Assembly: GCA_038150265.1 (NCBI GenBank)
Contig: JAYOTF010000001.1
Location: 190,790-213,713 of the forward strand
From: Deltaproteobacteria bacterium
GTDB taxonomy: Bacteria; SAR324; NAC60-12
Length of the DNA: 22,924 nt
Direction of reading: 5' to 3'
Below, piece by piece: positions 1-9,678 of this stretch (its first letter is position 1; each line of letters starts with the position of its first letter). Below the pieces are notes generated by a model that was given only the letters and a program-made list of their open reading frames with translations, was not told the DNA's origin and did not search any database. The position numbers and the translations under genes are program-made.

Positions 1-1
1 G

Positions 2-73
2 AATCTGGAAGATACCCTCGATTGGTACTTTCTGGCGATCAAAACCCTGAAAGAAGAGTTCAAGCTTCAGTGA
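2..73 (+). CDS. 3' end of an upstream CDS (partial), ...NLEDTLDWYFLAIKTLKEEFKLQ*
   Basis: Open frame from the window edge to TGA at 71-73 with genome-typical codons (CTG, GCG, ATC, AAG). Product not identifiable. Confidence 0.55.
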   Translation, partial: NLEDTLDWYFLAIKTLKEEFKLQ

Positions 74-152
74 GAACGAACGGTTCCCGTCGAGCGCTCG
101 TTCCTCTGCCTGCCTCACCAGGCCAACCTCCCATCCCCCAGCTTTGACCATC

Positions 153-2921
153 ATGAGTGCCATTACCTTTCAGCCAGCGAGCGCTTGGCAGCAGCAGTTT
201 ACCTTCGATTCCGTCAAGTGCCTGATTGTATGCCGAGGCCCCATTCGGTTGGAGACGATCGATGTCTTTGAATCGCTGGGAGCCGAGTGCGGGATTTTGC
301 TTTCAGAGAAGGACAGCATCCTCTACCCCCAGACGCTGGCTCCCGAGCTGCGCAGGCTCCGGAACCGGCACCAGCAGGTTCACCACGTTCCGGACTACAT
401 TGGCACCACCCGGGAAGAGCGGGTGGCGCGGATGGAGCAGATTGTCGACATTGCGCTGGGCAATGGCTACACCCACGTGTTTGCCGGGTACGGCTTCATG
501 GCAGAAGATGCGGAGTTTGTGCAGCGGATTGAAAACGCGGGCCTCTCGTTTGTGGGACCCAACTCGTCGGTGATCCGGAACGCGGGCTCGAAGGATGAGG
601 CCAAGCAACTGGCCCGTCGGCTTGGGGTCTCGGTGACTCCGGGGGAGGATCGCATTACCGCCCGGACGTTGCTGCAGAAGGCTCCGGGCGACGCCCAGGC
701 GTTTCTCCGGGAGCAGGTGGCTCAGCATGAACTGCAGCCGGCTTCCGGATGGGATCAGGGGGAGTTGATTGACCAGGCGGAAGCGGTGCTGCAGGCGTCG
801 TATCAGAAGCGGGTGGACCTCTTTTCCATGGAAGAGCTGCAGCAGGAAACAGAGCGCTGCGTAGGAGAGATCTGGAAGGACAACCCCGGAAAGCGCATCC
901 GCCTCAAGCACATCGGCGGCGGCGGCGGCAAGGGCCAGCGGGTGGTCTCCCAGCCAGAAGAAGTGGCGGAGGCCGTGAAGGCGGTCCTCATTGAATCCCG
1001 AGCAACTGGGGTCGGCGACAACAAGACGTTTCTGGTTGAGCTGAACATCGAAAATACCCGGCACAACGAAGTCCAGCTGCTGGGGAACGGCGAGTGGTGC
1101 CTGGAGCTCGGAGGCCGCGACTGCTCCCTGCAGATGCACGAACAGAAGCTGCTGGAAGTGTCGCTGACCGAAGAATTGCTGGAAACCGAGATTGCCCGTT
1201 ATGAAGCACAGGGCGACCCCGGCAAGGTCAAGGTGCTGCGCCGGGATCTGGAGATGGTCCAGGCGATGTGCCAGCAGGCAGCAGATTTTGGCTCTGCCAT
1301 TGGGCTGGATTCTGCCTCGACCTTCGAGTGCATTGTCGAAGACGACCGGCACTACTTCATGGAGGTCAATACCCGCATTCAGGTTGAACACCGGGTCACC
1401 GAAATGGCGTACTCCCTCAAGTTTGTCAACCCGGAGGATCCGGAAGACTTCTTCACCACGGAATCACTGGTTGCAGCGATGCTCCTCATTGCCTGCCACG
1501 GCAAGCAGCTGCCCAAGCCCGAACGGGTGCAGCGGCATGTATCAGGAGTGGAGGCCCGCATCAACGCCACCAATCCGGCGCTCAAGCCGCATGCCGGCGG
1601 CATCCTGAGGTTCTGGAGCGAGCCCACCGAATTGGAGCTGCGAGACGACCAGGGCATCGGCCTGCGGAATCCGGACACCAACCTCTTGCAGCCCTACAAC
1701 CTGGCCGGGGCTTACGACTCCAACGTTTCCCTCTCCGTGACCTGGGGGGGCACCCGCCAGGAAAGCTTTGAACGACTCGCCGAGGTGCTGCGCACCACAG
1801 AAGTCCGTGGGACGGACCTCCACCTCAACATGGATTTTCACTATGGCCTGCTCTACTGGCTCATGGGCAACGACTCCATGGTGAAACCCAACACCCGGTT
1901 TGTGCAGGCCTACCTCGCGCTGGCTGGGAAGATGAAGCATGAGGCCAACTCCCTCAGCCTCGAGATTGCCTGGGAGGCGATGCGGCAGAACGTTCTCAAG
2001 GAACAGGGCCCCGACAGCGTTGCTCTCTTTGAAGCCAAGCAGACCCTGATCCTCCGGCCCCTGAAGCGGTTGCTGGAGAACGCGCACCTGCTGATGGGCT
2101 GGCTGGCGCCTCGTCCGGTCCGGCGCTGGAACTTTGGCGCCGACTTCTTTACCTGGAAGCTGAACCCGCTGGAGGTGCTGGCCAGCCTGTACCACTACCT
2201 CCGCCTGGAGGAGCATGCCAACACCCCTCCGAGTGAGCAGATCTGGAAAGACGACCAGGAGCTGCTTCAGCGCGGGCTGAGCTTTTACACGAATCTGCAG
2301 GAACGCCTGGGGACGGCAAACTGGGAAGAGCTGTGTGCGCAGCTCAAGGCCCCTGCTGCACCGGCCGGGTTTGAGGCGGCAGGTGATCCGGCCGACCTGT
2401 GGGAGCAGGTGCAGGCGGCTCACACCGGGTTCCAGCTGGGGTTGGCGTTGCTGCAGCTTCCGGTGGCGCTGGGACGCTTTGCAGGCTACTACGAGTTCCG
2501 GGGCACTGAAACCCTGGACGTCGAGGTTCCGGAAGAGTTTCAGAAGGGAGATCAGGTGGAGGACTACCTGACAGCGCTCGCGCCTCCGCCTCCGGCAGCA
2601 AGCGACGAAGTCCTGGCCTGGACGGGTGGAACCTTCTACTCGAAGGAGACCCCGGAAGCCGAGGATTACGTTCAGGAGGGAGATCATGTGGACGTGGGCG
2701 ATGTGTTGGGGTTGCTTGAGGTCATGAAGATGTTCAACCCCATCCGCGCGGAATTTTCCGGAACCATCCGGGAGGTCTGTGTCCGCGGAGACGGAGGACA
2801 GGTGGTGGCCCGGGGCCAGAAGCTCTTTCAGGTGGACCCTGATGTGGCTCTGGTTCAGGAGTCTGAGGCGGAGAAGACGGCTCGTGAGCGGGCAGCGACC
2901 GAACGGCTGCTGTTCTGGTAA
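153..2921 (+). CDS. Long-form biotin carboxylase fused to biotin carboxyl carrier protein (acyl-CoA carboxylase alpha-type subunit)
   Basis: ATP-grasp BC motifs GYGFMAE, GGGGGKG, RDCSLQ..QKL, FMEVNTRIQVEH, EARINA; C-terminal biotinylation motif EVMKM. No carboxyltransferase domain. ATG 153 preferred over TTG 144. Confidence 0.9.
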   Translation: MSAITFQPASAWQQQFTFDSVKCLIVCRGPIRLETIDVFESLGAECGILLSEKDSILYPQTLAPELRRLRNRHQQVHHVPDYIGTTREERVARMEQIVDIALGNGYTHVFAGYGFMAEDAEFVQRIENAGLSFVGPNSSVIRNAGSKDEAKQLARRLGVSVTPGEDRITARTLLQKAPGDAQAFLREQVAQHELQPASGWDQGELIDQAEAVLQASYQKRVDLFSMEELQQETERCVGEIWKDNPGKRIRLKHIGGGGGKGQRVVSQPEEVAEAVKAVLIESRATGVGDNKTFLVELNIENTRHNEVQLLGNGEWCLELGGRDCSLQMHEQKLLEVSLTEELLETEIARYEAQGDPGKVKVLRRDLEMVQAMCQQAADFGSAIGLDSASTFECIVEDDRHYFMEVNTRIQVEHRVTEMAYSLKFVNPEDPEDFFTTESLVAAMLLIACHGKQLPKPERVQRHVSGVEARINATNPALKPHAGGILRFWSEPTELELRDDQGIGLRNPDTNLLQPYNLAGAYDSNVSLSVTWGGTRQESFERLAEVLRTTEVRGTDLHLNMDFHYGLLYWLMGNDSMVKPNTRFVQAYLALAGKMKHEANSLSLEIAWEAMRQNVLKEQGPDSVALFEAKQTLILRPLKRLLENAHLLMGWLAPRPVRRWNFGADFFTWKLNPLEVLASLYHYLRLEEHANTPPSEQIWKDDQELLQRGLSFYTNLQERLGTANWEELCAQLKAPAAPAGFEAAGDPADLWEQVQAAHTGFQLGLALLQLPVALGRFAGYYEFRGTETLDVEVPEEFQKGDQVEDYLTALAPPPPAASDEVLAWTGGTFYSKETPEAEDYVQEGDHVDVGDVLGLLEVMKMFNPIRAEFSGTIREVCVRGDGGQVVARGQKLFQVDPDVALVQESEAEKTARERAATERLLFW

Positions 2922-3054
2922 AGTGGCGAGAATTTCGCATGGCTGAGGAAAAGCAGGGACCGATTTGCGTGGGTCCACAGAATGACAATGCCAATGCGTG
3001 CTGGAGTCGGCTCAGGGAGTCACTCGAGAACGGCGCGGTTCAAGGAGATGATGA

Positions 3055-4932
3055 ATGAGTCCCGTTAAGCGTATCCTCAGTTTGGGCCTGTGCCTGCTCC
3101 CGCTGGTGGGGTGGGCCCAGAGCAAGCCCCAAGCCGAAGGACGGTGGTATGCCGTTCAGCCCCAGCAAATGCGCTCGGTGGCTGCGGATGCCGTACTGGA
3201 GCACATGCGAGCCACCGGAGGCGTGGAGGACTTCTACCGCATCCCCCCTCAGGAGATCGACTGGTTGACCGAGATGGCCACTGTGGAGCAGGACTGGAAG
3301 GTGGAGCTGCAAAACCGCGAAGGCCGCTACCGTGAGGCCCTGAACGAAGTCATCCTCAGCCAGATCAAGCGCCGGAACTGGGAGATGCTCCGCAAGCAGT
3401 ACAATGACGCCATCACCACGCTCAAGCGACACATTGGCACCCTGAACCGGCAGCTGGCTGAGATTGACAAGGAGGAGAAGGACTACCTGGTGGGCCTGGA
3501 CCAGCTGACCATGACGGCGCTGGTGGCCGTCCGGGTGCCGTACACGGAAGACCTCCCGGCTCGTCTCAAGCAGCAGAACCTGGGCGACCAGATCTTCGCC
3601 GGCTCTGCCCGGGTGGCGCAGGCCCACCTGAAGGACGAGTACTCGGCTCGGGTGGTGGTTCCCTTCCAGTCCGGAGTGCTGCGGACCACTTACCTCTACC
3701 CCGAAAACATCTCCCGCTTTGATGCCGATGCGGGGGAGTACGTGTACCTCTTCCATGCCGTCGAGATCAGCCCGTTTGCACGCGCTGCGGCGACCACGCT
3801 TGACTCGCCGACTCAGTCGGAAGCGGCGATCCGCATCTTCAGCACCGCCGAGGAGGTCCGGAATTACCTCCAGCAGGAACGGGTGGGAGACCAGCGGTTG
3901 CTGAACTGGGCACAGGGCGAGCTGGCGTACCAGTCGATGCAGAACGACCACACCATTGAGCAGGTCGTCTCCCGCCTCGACTACTTCCAGATGCGCCGAC
4001 GCGGTCCCCGCCAGATGATCCAGCAGACGCTGGATCAGATCCGGGAGCTGGAGAAGCAGCGGGACAGCCTTCCGGACGATAGCGCCCTGGAGGAAAAGCT
4101 CACGGCACTCAAGCAGGCCGAGATCGCCTACCGTCAGCACTACGCCACCCGCGTGGTTCCCGGGTACGAAAAGTACACCATGGAGTACGACATGATGTAC
4201 TTCAGCAATAAACCGGCTCAGGGGGTGAAGAAATCGGTGCCGGTGGTGAAGTCGACCCAGGGCAAGGGGGAGGCTCTCATTGAGTTGCCCATCAACAGCC
4301 GCAAGCTGCAGGACATCTACCGCGACATGCTGGACTCCGCCTTTACGCGCAAGGGAGCCCTGGAGGTGAGCGACGAGCAGCCCATCTATCGGGTGAATGA
4401 CGACCTCAGCGGGATGGAAGAGGGCAAGCTGCGCTGGAAGGTGGCGTCTCAGGAGTTCCAGATCCTCAAGATTGCTCGTGGCAACATTGGCTCCCGGAGC
4501 CAGTACGCGCTCCACCTGGCGACGCGTGCGAACCTCCAGAGCAATCCCCAGTTCCCGCCCCGCCGTTATGGCACCTGTGACTACACGGTTTATTTCGGTG
4601 GACAGGACTACACGCTGGACGAAGAAGACCGGCGGACCCTGGAAAAAGCGGTTGCCTGCCTGCGTCGGTTCTCCCGGCAGCCCGTGGAGATCGTGGGACA
4701 CACCGACCACCGGCAGGTCCGGAACGAGACAGCAGGTGTGGACAACAACGTGAAGCTCGGGATGCTCCGGGCAACGACGGTGTTTGACTACTTTGCGTCA
4801 CGAGGCTTCAACTCCCGGCGTTTTGAGGTCTCCAGCATGGGAGCCCGCCAGCCGGCTGTGCGCGCCAAGAATGAAGACGACCTGAGCAAGAACCGCCGGG
4901 TCCGGATTCTGTCTCTGCCCCCGAAGCGCTGA
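3055..4932 (+). CDS. Secreted protein with predicted coiled coils and a C-terminal OmpA-like peptidoglycan-binding domain
   Basis: AGGAG RBS at 3043-3047; Sec signal peptide MSPVKRILSLGLCLLPLVGWA; C-terminal VEIVGHTD...N..LG..RA..V...G...P......NRRV motifs of OmpA_C-like domains. Confidence 0.8.
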   Translation: MSPVKRILSLGLCLLPLVGWAQSKPQAEGRWYAVQPQQMRSVAADAVLEHMRATGGVEDFYRIPPQEIDWLTEMATVEQDWKVELQNREGRYREALNEVILSQIKRRNWEMLRKQYNDAITTLKRHIGTLNRQLAEIDKEEKDYLVGLDQLTMTALVAVRVPYTEDLPARLKQQNLGDQIFAGSARVAQAHLKDEYSARVVVPFQSGVLRTTYLYPENISRFDADAGEYVYLFHAVEISPFARAAATTLDSPTQSEAAIRIFSTAEEVRNYLQQERVGDQRLLNWAQGELAYQSMQNDHTIEQVVSRLDYFQMRRRGPRQMIQQTLDQIRELEKQRDSLPDDSALEEKLTALKQAEIAYRQHYATRVVPGYEKYTMEYDMMYFSNKPAQGVKKSVPVVKSTQGKGEALIELPINSRKLQDIYRDMLDSAFTRKGALEVSDEQPIYRVNDDLSGMEEGKLRWKVASQEFQILKIARGNIGSRSQYALHLATRANLQSNPQFPPRRYGTCDYTVYFGGQDYTLDEEDRRTLEKAVACLRRFSRQPVEIVGHTDHRQVRNETAGVDNNVKLGMLRATTVFDYFASRGFNSRRFEVSSMGARQPAVRAKNEDDLSKNRRVRILSLPPKR

Positions 4933-4959
4933 ACCGAACAAGCCACCTTTTGAGTTTTT

Positions 4960-4988
4960 TTGGAATTGGCCCATTTTTTTGCTAAACT
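4960..4988 (+). promoter_or_regulatory. Putative sigma70-type promoter for def
   Basis: TTGGAA (4960-4965), 17-nt spacer, TAAACT (4983-4988) preceded by an extended -10 TGn, 34 nt upstream of the def ATG. Confidence 0.45.
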
Positions 4989-5022
4989 GAGGCTCTGTTT
5001 TTGACCCGATCCGAGGTACACG

Positions 5023-5541
5023 ATGGCGCTTCTTGAGATCTATACCTTTCCCAATCCGATTCTGAAACAAACGGCTCAGCCGGTGACGGTGTTTGATGAC
5101 ACGCTCCGGGAGACCGCTGCTTCCATGCTGGAGACCATGTATGCCTCCAGCGGCATTGGCCTGGCCTCCATCCAGGTGGGCCTTCCGAAGCAGCTGGTGG
5201 TGGTAGACATCATGGCGGGCTCTGAAGATCCGGAGGACTTTGAGCCCCGTGTCTTTGTGAATCCCCAGATTGTGGAGCGACGTGGGGAGACCATCTCGGA
5301 AGAAGGCTGCCTCAGCGTGACCGAGTTCCGTGCCGAGGTGAAACGCGCCGAGTGGATCCGCCTGGAGTATCAGGATGTGGAAGGAACCCCCCAGGTGCTG
5401 GAAGCCGACGGCCTCCTGGCGATTTGCATTCAGCACGAGCTGGATCACCTCAACGGCGTCCTCTTCATTGATCACCTGCCGCCGATCAAGCAGAAGATGG
5501 TCAAGAAACGCCTCTCCAAACTTGCTGCGCAGGCCGCCTGA
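5023..5541 (+). CDS. def: Peptide deformylase
   Basis: All three PDF motifs: GIGLA, EGCLS, QHELDHLNG; GAGG RBS upstream. Confidence 0.97.
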   Translation: MALLEIYTFPNPILKQTAQPVTVFDDTLRETAASMLETMYASSGIGLASIQVGLPKQLVVVDIMAGSEDPEDFEPRVFVNPQIVERRGETISEEGCLSVTEFRAEVKRAEWIRLEYQDVEGTPQVLEADGLLAICIQHELDHLNGVLFIDHLPPIKQKMVKKRLSKLAAQAA

Positions 5542-5978
5542 TGTCTCGACTGCTGGGACTCCTGCTCCTGCTGGTTCTTTCCGGCTCTCCGATCTGGGCG
5601 TTTGAGTACGCCCAGGGACGCGTCACCACGCCCTCCGGCGCGACCATCCGGGTCCAGATCGCAGACACACCAGAGAAGCGCGCCCTGGGGCTGGGAGAGC
5701 GCGACCAGCTTGCCGAGGGCACCGGCATGCTCTTTGTCTTTAACCAAAATGAGCGCCACTCCTTCTGGATGAAGGGCATGCGCTTCCCCCTCGACATCCT
5801 CTGGATCCACAACCAGCGCATTGTGCATGTGGCCCAGAATGTTCCGCCTCCTGCCTCCGGAGAGCGCCCCGTCACCGTAGAACCGCAAGCGGCTGCCAAC
5901 TTTGTGTTGGAGATCCCTGCCAACACCTCCGCCTCCCTCGGCCTCCGGGTGGGCGAGTCTGTCGAGCTCGAGTTTTAG
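5541..5978 (+). CDS. DUF192-family exported protein
   Basis: Signal peptide; ADTPEKRALGL, GMLFVF, FWMKGMRFPLDILWI and VLEIPA motifs typical of DUF192; TGATG overlap with the def stop. Confidence 0.85.
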   Translation: MSRLLGLLLLLVLSGSPIWAFEYAQGRVTTPSGATIRVQIADTPEKRALGLGERDQLAEGTGMLFVFNQNERHSFWMKGMRFPLDILWIHNQRIVHVAQNVPPPASGERPVTVEPQAAANFVLEIPANTSASLGLRVGESVELEF

Positions 5979-6178
5979 CTCGACGCCCCCGATTTTTTCT
6001 TTCCGCAACGGACTTCTTACGCGATTCTTCCGGATTTCCGGGAAATCGACGCCCTTCGCTTTTTTCAAAATAGTTTTCTTCTGAAGTGATAAATCTGCCC
6101 GAATTGGGGAGAGAATCGGTGATGAGTTTATCATCCTGGCCGAGAAAAGGTGAATTCTCTTGGGTGAGATCGGGTAAA

Positions 6179-6213
6179 TAATTTTTTGATTTCAAAGACT
6201 TGAGGTAAATCAA
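6179..6213. promoter_or_regulatory. IHF-like site overlapping an imperfect inverted repeat upstream of the lipid-modification operon
   Basis: Minus strand of 6179-6191 reads AATCAAAAAATTA (matches WATCAANNNNTTR); TTGATTT (6186-6192) and AAATCAA (6207-6213) are inverted arms with an inner TCAA/TTGA pair. Confidence 0.35.
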
Positions 6214-6293
6214 GGCGAAGAAAGGGATCCGGTATATTCCTTGCCGAAGGAGGGAGTAGCAGATCAAGATCAACCCCAAACGAGAAGACCTCC

Positions 6294-7598
6294 ATGAGAA
6301 TTGCCATCATTGGCACCGGCATTTCCGGAATGACGGTCGCGCACCTGCTCCACGCGGACCATGACCTGACCATCTTTGAGGCAGGAGCGTATGTCGGAGG
6401 ACACACCAACACGGTGGAGGTCGAGAGAAACGGAAGCGTGTATGCCGTGGACACGGGCTTCATTGTCCACAACGACTGGACCTACCCGCATTACATGAAG
6501 CTGCTGGATCAGATTGGGATTGAAGCGCTCGATACAGAAATGAGCTTCAGCGTTTCCAACGAAATCACGGGTTTGGAGTACAACGGACACACGCTGGACA
6601 CGCTCTTTGCGCAGCGGCTGAACCTGGTCCGGCCTTCGTTTTGGGGCATGATCCGGGAGATCCTGCGCTTCAATCGCGAGGTGGTGGAGCATGAGCCGGA
6701 GGTGGGAGAGATGCGGCTCAAGGATTACCTGGAGCAGCACCAGTACTCGGCCCTGTTTCAGGAGAATTACATTGTGCCGATGGCAGCAGCCATCTGGTCG
6801 GCCAGCACCCGGCAGATTCAGGACTTTCCGATGCGGACCTTCATCCGGTTCTTCCGGAACCACGGCCTGCTGAACGTCAGCAACCGTCCGCAGTGGCGGG
6901 TGATCCGCGGAGGCTCTCAGGCCTACATGCAGCAGCTGGTGGCGCCCTTTCGGCAGAAGATCCGGCTGCAGAGTCCGGTATTGGGAATCCGCCGGTTCCC
7001 GACACATGTCGAGGTGCAGACCGAGTCTGGGCGGGAACGCTTTGACGCCCTGGTGGTGGCAACGCACAGCGACCAGGCCCTGGCGATGCTGCAGGATCCC
7101 ACCTCCGCAGAGCACGAAATCCTGGGCAGCATTCCCTATCAGGCGAATGAGGCGGTGCTTCACGAAGACACCAGCCTGATGCCCCGTCGCCGCAAGGCCT
7201 GGGCGAGCTGGAACGTCCGCATCACGCCTGAGCTTCAGGAGCACCCGGAGCATCCGGTGGCCGTGACGTACAACATGAACATCCTCCAGCACCTCAATCC
7301 TGCGCAGCCCTTTTTGGTGACGCTGAACGAGGGGAGCCGCATTGATCCGGACAAGGTGATCAAGCGCATCCAGTATGCGCACCCGGTGTTCACCGATGCA
7401 GGCGTCCGTGCGCAGCGTCGGCACGCCGAGATCAACGGCACCAACCGGACCTACTACTGTGGCGCTTACTGGCGCTATGGCTTCCATGAAGACGGTGTCA
7501 TCAGTGGCCTCCGGGTGGCCGAGTACTTTGGCAAGTCGCTTGATGGCGACATCCCGGTGCGCTTGCCGGATGTCGAAGTGCTCAAGGCCAGCGCATGA
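6294..7598 (+). CDS. FAD-dependent oxidoreductase of the amine-oxidase-like family found with DUF1365/cfa genes (UfaD-like candidate fatty-acid desaturase)
   Basis: N-terminal [11 protein letters not shown] and [32 protein letters not shown] and [12 protein letters not shown] motifs; gene context. Confidence 0.85.
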   Translation: MRIAIIGTGISGMTVAHLLHADHDLTIFEAGAYVGGHTNTVEVERNGSVYAVDTGFIVHNDWTYPHYMKLLDQIGIEALDTEMSFSVSNEITGLEYNGHTLDTLFAQRLNLVRPSFWGMIREILRFNREVVEHEPEVGEMRLKDYLEQHQYSALFQENYIVPMAAAIWSASTRQIQDFPMRTFIRFFRNHGLLNVSNRPQWRVIRGGSQAYMQQLVAPFRQKIRLQSPVLGIRRFPTHVEVQTESGRERFDALVVATHSDQALAMLQDPTSAEHEILGSIPYQANEAVLHEDTSLMPRRRKAWASWNVRITPELQEHPEHPVAVTYNMNILQHLNPAQPFLVTLNEGSRIDPDKVIKRIQYAHPVFTDAGVRAQRRHAEINGTNRTYYCGAYWRYGFHEDGVISGLRVAEYFGKSLDGDIPVRLPDVEVLKASA

Positions 7599-8374
7599 AG
7601 AGCGCCCTGTACAAAGGATGGGTGCGGCACCGACGCTTTGCCCCCCGGGAGCACACCTTCCGCTATCCGGTGTTCATGACGTACCTGGACCTGAGCGAGC
7701 TGGAAGCCGCCTTTACGGTGTCTCCGCTGTGGTCGCTGAAGAAGCGGGCGCCGGTTCGGTTCCGTCGGGAAGACTTCCATGGAGATCCCACGCTTCCTTT
7801 GGAAGAGGCGGTCCGGAACACCGTCTCCGAGCGCCTTGGCTTCCGTCCGGAAGGTCCGGTGCGGCTGCTGGCGAACCTCCGGTGCCTCGGACTCGTCTTC
7901 AACCCGGCTTCGTTTTACTACTGCTTTGGGAAAGACGGAGAAACCGTTGAGGCCCTGGTGGTGGAGGTGACCAACACCCCTTGGGGGGAGCGGCATGCCT
8001 ATGTGCTGGATCACCGGCGCCCAACGGGGTCTCGGCGCCGGATGCACTTCGAATTTTCCAAAGTCTTTCATGTCTCTCCCTTCATGGAGATGGACCACGT
8101 CTACCACTGTGATTTTACCCTGCCGGAGCGAGCGCTGACGGTGCACATGGAAAATCATCAACACGGTCAGCGAAAGTTTGATGCCACCTTGACGCTCAAG
8201 CGTCAGGAGTGGACGACTTCCAACTTGAATCGCGCCCTGGTGCAGTTTCCCTGGATGACTGCTCAGGTGCTGGGAGGTATTTACTGGCAAGCCCTGCGTC
8301 TGTGGCTCAAACGCCTGAAGTACCAACCCCATCCGGGAGGCCTGGTGCCTCCTGCTTCATCTCCAACTACCTAA
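7595..8374 (+). CDS. DUF1365 family protein (UfaO-like candidate)
   Basis: [38 protein letters not shown] and [11 protein letters not shown] motifs; ATGA overlap with the upstream gene. Confidence 0.9.
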   Translation: MKSALYKGWVRHRRFAPREHTFRYPVFMTYLDLSELEAAFTVSPLWSLKKRAPVRFRREDFHGDPTLPLEEAVRNTVSERLGFRPEGPVRLLANLRCLGLVFNPASFYYCFGKDGETVEALVVEVTNTPWGERHAYVLDHRRPTGSRRRMHFEFSKVFHVSPFMEMDHVYHCDFTLPERALTVHMENHQHGQRKFDATLTLKRQEWTTSNLNRALVQFPWMTAQVLGGIYWQALRLWLKRLKYQPHPGGLVPPASSPTT

Positions 8375-8381
8375 ACGCACG

Positions 8382-9677
8382 ATGCCTAAAACTGTTTCCA
8401 CCGCTTCCCGAGGTGCAGCCCCAGCTCGTGGAAGTCACACCCCCTTTCTGGACTGGCGGACACGCATTGCCCGTCGCCTGGTGATCCGGCAGATGGAGCG
8501 CCTGCAATATGGCAAGATCACCCTGATTGACGCGTGGGGCACCCATAGCTTTGGCCAGCTGAGTGCCCGCTGCCAGTTGCATGTGACCCTGCATGTTCAC
8601 GATGCTGCCCTCTACCGCTCGCTCGTCTTTGGCGGAAGCATTGGGGTCGCTGAATCGTACATGGCCGGGGAGTGGACGGTCAGCCACCTGACCCACCTGG
8701 TCCGGATCTTCGTGGTCAACCGTGAGCTGCTGGACGGCATGGAGAAGGGCATGGCCCAACTCGGGGTTCTGCTCCACAAGGTCTACCACCTCACCCGCCG
8801 GAACTCGAAACAGGGCAGCCGCCGCAACATTGCGGCTCACTACGACCTGGGCAATGACTTCTACCGACTCTTCCTTGATGAGACGATGATGTACTCGGCT
8901 GCGGTGTTTGAGCAGCCTGAGCAGAGCCTCCACGACGCATCGGTGGCCAAGCTCGACCGCATTTGCCGCAAGCTGGACCTGCGTCCCGGAGATCGGGTGG
9001 TGGAGATCGGCACCGGTTGGGGGGGCTTTGCTGCCCATGCGGCGCAGCACTACGGCTGCCACGTCACCACCACGACCATCTCGCAGGAGCAGTTCAACTA
9101 CGCGCAGGAGCGCATCCAGCAAGCAGGGCTGCAGGATCAGGTGACGCTGCTGCTCAATGACTACCGCGACCTGGAAGGCACCTACGACAAGCTGGTCTCC
9201 ATTGAAATGATTGAGGCGGTGGGGCACGAGTACTTCCCCAACTTCTTCCGGAAGTGCAGCTCGCTGCTGAAACCCGATGGCTTGGCCCTGATTCAGGCGA
9301 TCACCATTGACGATCGCCAGTATGAGGTTGCCAAAAACACGGTGGATTTCATTCAGCGCTACATCTTCCCCGGTGGCTGCCTCCCGTCCATCAGCATCAT
9401 GAACGAGATGGTCCGGGACCACACGGACATGCGTGTGACCCACCTGGAGGACCTGACCCGGCACTACGCGCTGACTCTGCAGCACTGGCGTCATGCCTTC
9501 CTCGATCGCCTGGATGAGGTCCGGAACCTCGGGTACTCGGAAGAGTTCATCCGGATGTGGGAGTACTACCTGTGCTACTGCGAGGGGGGCTTCCATGAGC
9601 GCTTCATTGGGGTGGTGCACCTGATGTTTGCGAAGCCCTGGAACCGCCAGCAGGAAGTCCTGCCCCCGCTCAACTGA
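8382..9677 (+). CDS. cfa: SAM-dependent fatty-acid methyltransferase, cyclopropane-fatty-acyl-phospholipid synthase family (Cfa/UfaM-like)
   Basis: NIAAHYDLGNDFY, MMYS, VEIGTGWGG, SIEMIEAVG, FIQRYIFPGG, HYALTL..W and WEYYLCYCEGGF motifs. Confidence 0.9.
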   Translation: MPKTVSTASRGAAPARGSHTPFLDWRTRIARRLVIRQMERLQYGKITLIDAWGTHSFGQLSARCQLHVTLHVHDAALYRSLVFGGSIGVAESYMAGEWTVSHLTHLVRIFVVNRELLDGMEKGMAQLGVLLHKVYHLTRRNSKQGSRRNIAAHYDLGNDFYRLFLDETMMYSAAVFEQPEQSLHDASVAKLDRICRKLDLRPGDRVVEIGTGWGGFAAHAAQHYGCHVTTTTISQEQFNYAQERIQQAGLQDQVTLLLNDYRDLEGTYDKLVSIEMIEAVGHEYFPNFFRKCSSLLKPDGLALIQAITIDDRQYEVAKNTVDFIQRYIFPGGCLPSISIMNEMVRDHTDMRVTHLEDLTRHYALTLQHWRHAFLDRLDEVRNLGYSEEFIRMWEYYLCYCEGGFHERFIGVVHLMFAKPWNRQQEVLPPLN

Positions 9678-9678
9678 T

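Noticed and set aside
915..929. (GGC)5 microsatellite
   Set aside because: It encodes the conserved glycine-rich ATP-grasp loop GGGGGKG.
4966..4983. Sigma54-like TTGGC...TTGCT upstream of def
   Set aside because: GG-to-GC spacing is 11 nt instead of the strict 10; a sigma70 reading fits better.
6186..6213. FNR-like TTGAT...ATCAA
   Set aside because: The spacer is 18 nt rather than 4, so it is kept only as a generic inverted repeat.
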